From IMG/VR virus record IMGVR_UViG_2737471869_000016: a stretch of 37,383 nucleotides of DNA, one strand, 5' to 3'. The stretch is from a virus (Duplodnaviria; Heunggongvirae; Uroviricota; Caudoviricetes). The position numbers were made by a program, and so were the translations under genes. How positions within the stretch are numbered: the stretch's first letter is position 1; every line of letters begins with the position of its first letter. This document shows positions 34,666 to 37,383 of the stretch, piece by piece. The notes beneath the pieces were generated by a model. The model was not told the DNA's origin, ran no database searches, and saw only the letters and a program-made list of their open reading frames with translations.

Positions 34666-36759
34666 TTGCATTTCCGCGGGTGTGGTTTACAAGGAAAGGC
34701 TGTCAGCATGCATCGCTCTGTTTCTAAGTTTTATCGCATCCCCCCTTTACTTATTCGGGCGCTAAAAAGCGGGGTCGCCTCCGTGGTGGAGTTTCATCTC
34801 AGCAAGGGATTGCCGAAAGATTCACGAGATTCTCTGGGAAATAGCCCATTGATGATTGCGGCCCAGAATGGGCATTTCGCTCTTTGCGAAATGTTGTTGT
34901 GTGCGGGTGTCGATGTTGAGCATCAAAACAACCTCGGGTTTCGCGCCAGTGACCTCGCGCAGGAGCAAACGCTGCGTGATCTGTTAGCTCGTTATCGGCA
35001 ATCTCCTCCGCCTGACGGGCAGCAACTAGCAGGGGGGCTAGATGATGAGGCAAACGTTGAGCTTGTAATTGAAGCCGATGTCGAAACAGAACCTCCCGAA
35101 ACCGAAGACGCAATGGATTTTATGCAGTGGGATGCTGAAATCGAATCGGAACCCGCCGAAGATAATCTGACATTACGACAGGCTTCCGCTGAGGCTCAGC
35201 AATTATTATCCCGCTATCGCCCGATAGATAACGCTGCTGAGTGGATCGATATAGAACTCTCCCTTCCTGACCCGCCGACGCCAGTTTCTAACTCTCCGCA
35301 AAATTATCCCCATTTCTCAACGTTGCTCACTAGCGCACTGGATGTCGGTCGTATCTCTGTTCGTGACATTCGGTCTGCCGGGGAAGATGATTTCGGCATG
35401 CCGTGGCCTGAATTCCGGCTCAGCGTAGAGGCATTGATCAAGGACTTACCTTTGATTGTGGATGGCGATGATGCTTTCCCGGAAAGTGATGCCTTTGGGG
35501 AATTAGCGGCGAGTGATGTTCTCGAGCCCTGGTTTGACGCTTTCGGTGCATTGCGGCAGTCCGGCATCTTTGAACGTTATCTTGTGGACATTCGCCAATG
35601 GGATGTCGTCGATAAAACAAAGGAAGAGCGACTCGGGCAGCGCATGGATACGGCGCTTATCAACTTGATGACGATCCTGGCGAGATTACCCGAAGCAAAA
35701 TATCTACAGTTGCTGCATCCGAATTGCCTTCCCGCGACATCGCCTGAGATTACTGAAGAGGATGACGACGCGGAAGAAGCGGATGAGGAAATCTCTTCCG
35801 CAGCCGATGACGATGACGCCATCACCTTTAACGATCTGCTCATTCTGCTGAGAAGTGGGAAAGCTGAAGAGTACCAGGATAATCATATCCCTCGCCCGGA
35901 GTACCGTGACCTGCAGCAGATAGTCGAGCGCGCCCAAACGCTCATCCCTGATGAATGCCATAATGTCAGTCTGTATGTCAGTAGTTACAGAGACGCATGG
36001 AAGGGGTTTATCCACGCCAATTTACGTCTTGTGGTCGCGATTGCGAAAAAACACTGCGGGCGAGGATTAGATATCGAGGACCTGATCCAGGAAGGTAATC
36101 TGGGATTGATCAAGGCCGTTGAAAAATTCGACTATCGGCGTGGATTCAAATTCTCTACCTATGCCTCCTGGTGGATCCGCCAGAAGATCAGCCGCGCGAT
36201 TGCCGATCAGGCTCAGCTCATTCGTTTACCCGTTCACTTCTATGAGCATTTCAGGCGCTGGCGGAGCAGTCGGGATCAGTTGCTGCATCGCCAAGGGATA
36301 ACGCCCACCCTCAGACGGTTGCAGGAAATGACCGACCTGCCAGAGCGTCAACTTCTTCAGATGGCTAAATATGAAGAACAGACGGTGCTGATTGGTGATT
36401 TTCATGAAGACGCTCAGGACCGCGAAGCAGCATTGTCGGGAGACGCGCTGCTGACCAGAAGGGATTTCACCAGTGCTCCCGTTCAGTCTCTGGAGCTAAG
36501 AGAACATATTTCATCGGTCCTGAATACGCTGTTGCCACGCGAAACACAGATCATAAAAATGCGTTTTGGCATCGGTATGACGCAAGATTTCACGCTGGAA
36601 GAGGTGGGTAAACAGTTTGATGTCACGCGAGAAAGGATACGTCAGATAGAAGCCAAAGCACTCCGTAAGCTCCGTCATCACAGCCGGGCGTCGAAATTAG
36701 GCGGCTTCGTCGAACAGTGGGAAACCGCGTTGAGCGAGATGCAGGAAGAAGAAGAATGA
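34666..36759 (+). CDS. Sigma-70 family (RpoD-like) sigma factor with N-terminal ankyrin repeat(s) and an acidic linker (likely start at 34708)
   Basis: Ankyrin-repeat signature [31 protein letters not shown]; acidic tract [12 protein letters not shown]; sigma region 2 [29 protein letters not shown]; region 4.2 [40 protein letters not shown], closely resembling RpoD region 4 as I recall it. Confidence 0.8.
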   Translation: MHFRGCGLQGKAVSMHRSVSKFYRIPPLLIRALKSGVASVVEFHLSKGLPKDSRDSLGNSPLMIAAQNGHFALCEMLLCAGVDVEHQNNLGFRASDLAQEQTLRDLLARYRQSPPPDGQQLAGGLDDEANVELVIEADVETEPPETEDAMDFMQWDAEIESEPAEDNLTLRQASAEAQQLLSRYRPIDNAAEWIDIELSLPDPPTPVSNSPQNYPHFSTLLTSALDVGRISVRDIRSAGEDDFGMPWPEFRLSVEALIKDLPLIVDGDDAFPESDAFGELAASDVLEPWFDAFGALRQSGIFERYLVDIRQWDVVDKTKEERLGQRMDTALINLMTILARLPEAKYLQLLHPNCLPATSPEITEEDDDAEEADEEISSAADDDDAITFNDLLILLRSGKAEEYQDNHIPRPEYRDLQQIVERAQTLIPDECHNVSLYVSSYRDAWKGFIHANLRLVVAIAKKHCGRGLDIEDLIQEGNLGLIKAVEKFDYRRGFKFSTYASWWIRQKISRAIADQAQLIRLPVHFYEHFRRWRSSRDQLLHRQGITPTLRRLQEMTDLPERQLLQMAKYEEQTVLIGDFHEDAQDREAALSGDALLTRRDFTSAPVQSLELREHISSVLNTLLPRETQIIKMRFGIGMTQDFTLEEVGKQFDVTRERIRQIEAKALRKLRHHSRASKLGGFVEQWETALSEMQEEEE

Positions 36760-37383
36760 CGACCATGCGCCATGCGCCACCGAATGCAGCCATTATGATC
36801 GAAGCTCTGCGAGGGCTCGGCTACAACACCGCCACCGCACTGGCTGATATCATCGACAACAGCATCAGTGCTGGTGCCCGTAAGGTCGATCTGACTTTTC
36901 ACTGGCGTGAGTCGGATTGCTATATTGTGGTTCGGGATAATGGTTGCGGCATGTCGGCCGCTGAACTGGATGTTGCGATGCGGCTGGGGGTCAAAAACCC
37001 GCTGACAAAGCGTCCAGGACACGATCTGGGCCGCTTCGGTCTTGGACTCAAAACCGCCTCCTTTTCGCAATGTCGTCGCCTGACGGTCTTCTCTAAAAAA
37101 GAGGGGATAACGACCATCCTGCGGTGGGATCTGGACATTCTCGCCGCCAGTACGGACGACGGTTGGTATTTGCTTGAAGGTGCTGACCCAGGGAGCCAGG
37201 AGGCGTTAGCAAATGCGGAACCTGACTCCCACGGTACGGTGGTGCTGTGGGACGTTTTAGACCGAATTGTCACCCCCGGCTACGGTGAGAAAGATTTCCT
37301 CAATCTGATGGATGGCGTTGAACAACATCTGGCGATGGTATTTCACCGATTCCTTGAGGGGAACGCTCCCATAAGCGCTAACT
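36756..37383 (+). CDS. GHKL-type (histidine-kinase/HSP90-like) ATPase, N-terminal part, runs off the right edge
   Basis: My own translation from ATG 36756 (ATGA overlap with sigma stop): [41 protein letters not shown]...[10 protein letters not shown]...[12 protein letters not shown], giving the N-box (DIIDNSISA), G1 box (DNGCGM) and G2-like (GRFGLG) motifs. Not in the ORF track because it is edge-truncated. Confidence 0.7.
   Translation, partial: MTTMRHAPPNAAIMIEALRGLGYNTATALADIIDNSISAGARKVDLTFHWRESDCYIVVRDNGCGMSAAELDVAMRLGVKNPLTKRPGHDLGRFGLGLKTASFSQCRRLTVFSKKEGITTILRWDLDILAASTDDGWYLLEGADPGSQEALANAEPDSHGTVVLWDVLDRIVTPGYGEKDFLNLMDGVEQHLAMVFHRFLEGNAPISAN

Larger units (their letters stand above)
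7091..37383. mobile_element. Pipolin-like element with defence cargo (partial): integrases, UDG-like gene, piPolB, type I R-M, type IV-like nucleases
   Basis: piPolB plus integrase/excisionase genes next to a tRNA-Leu-derived repeat; AT-rich cargo blocks; right boundary outside the window. Where the element actually ends is not determinable from this window. Confidence 0.6.

Noticed and set aside
34799-37273. Minus-strand ORFs antisense to the sigma-factor and GHKL ATPase genes (e.g. 35704..36015, 36678..37070, 36920..37273)
   Set aside because: Antisense to frames with strong sigma-70 and GHKL motifs; compositions are Ser/Arg-rich; no independent support.
1-37383. CRISPR array or other regularly spaced short repeats
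   Set aside because: No series of evenly spaced identical direct repeats was seen; the repeats found are single pairs (direct repeat A/B, inverted-repeat arms) rather than arrays.

Overview
This window reads as a composite, horizontally acquired island from an enterobacterium (E. coli-like), in two parts. (1) 1..~7090 is the right end of a phage-like integrative module: a run of small minus-strand genes (Xis-like HTH, RHH protein, unknowns), an XRE-type HTH regulator, and a P2-like tyrosine integrase (5928..6929) that ends about 100 bp before a 55-nt copy of the 3' half of tRNA-Leu(UAA) (7036..7090) and a rho-independent terminator. (2) From ~7090 to the window end is a pipolin-like element. 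It carries a UDG-like gene, a P4-type integrase, and a minus-strand module of integrase, AlpA/Xis-like gene, 212-aa unknown and a family-B DNA polymerase (14317..16980) with the KTRG motif I recall as the hallmark of primer-independent PolB (piPolB). Around this sits defence-type cargo: a WYL regulator with an alpha/beta-hydrolase, two AT-rich unknown genes, a type I R-M operon (hsdM-hsdS-[YecA-like SEC-C gene]-hsdR-[HExxH metallohydrolase]), a DUF262/DUF1524 GmrSD-like gene, a PD-(D/E)xK-like gene and a zinc-ribbon/Mrr-like nuclease. The window ends with an ankyrin-repeat/RpoD-like sigma factor whose stop overlaps the start of a GHKL-type ATPase. No CRISPR array, rRNA or intact tRNA was found. 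All calls rest on reading motifs in the supplied translations and the DNA by eye; no database search or alignment was run, and family assignments from memory are flagged as such.
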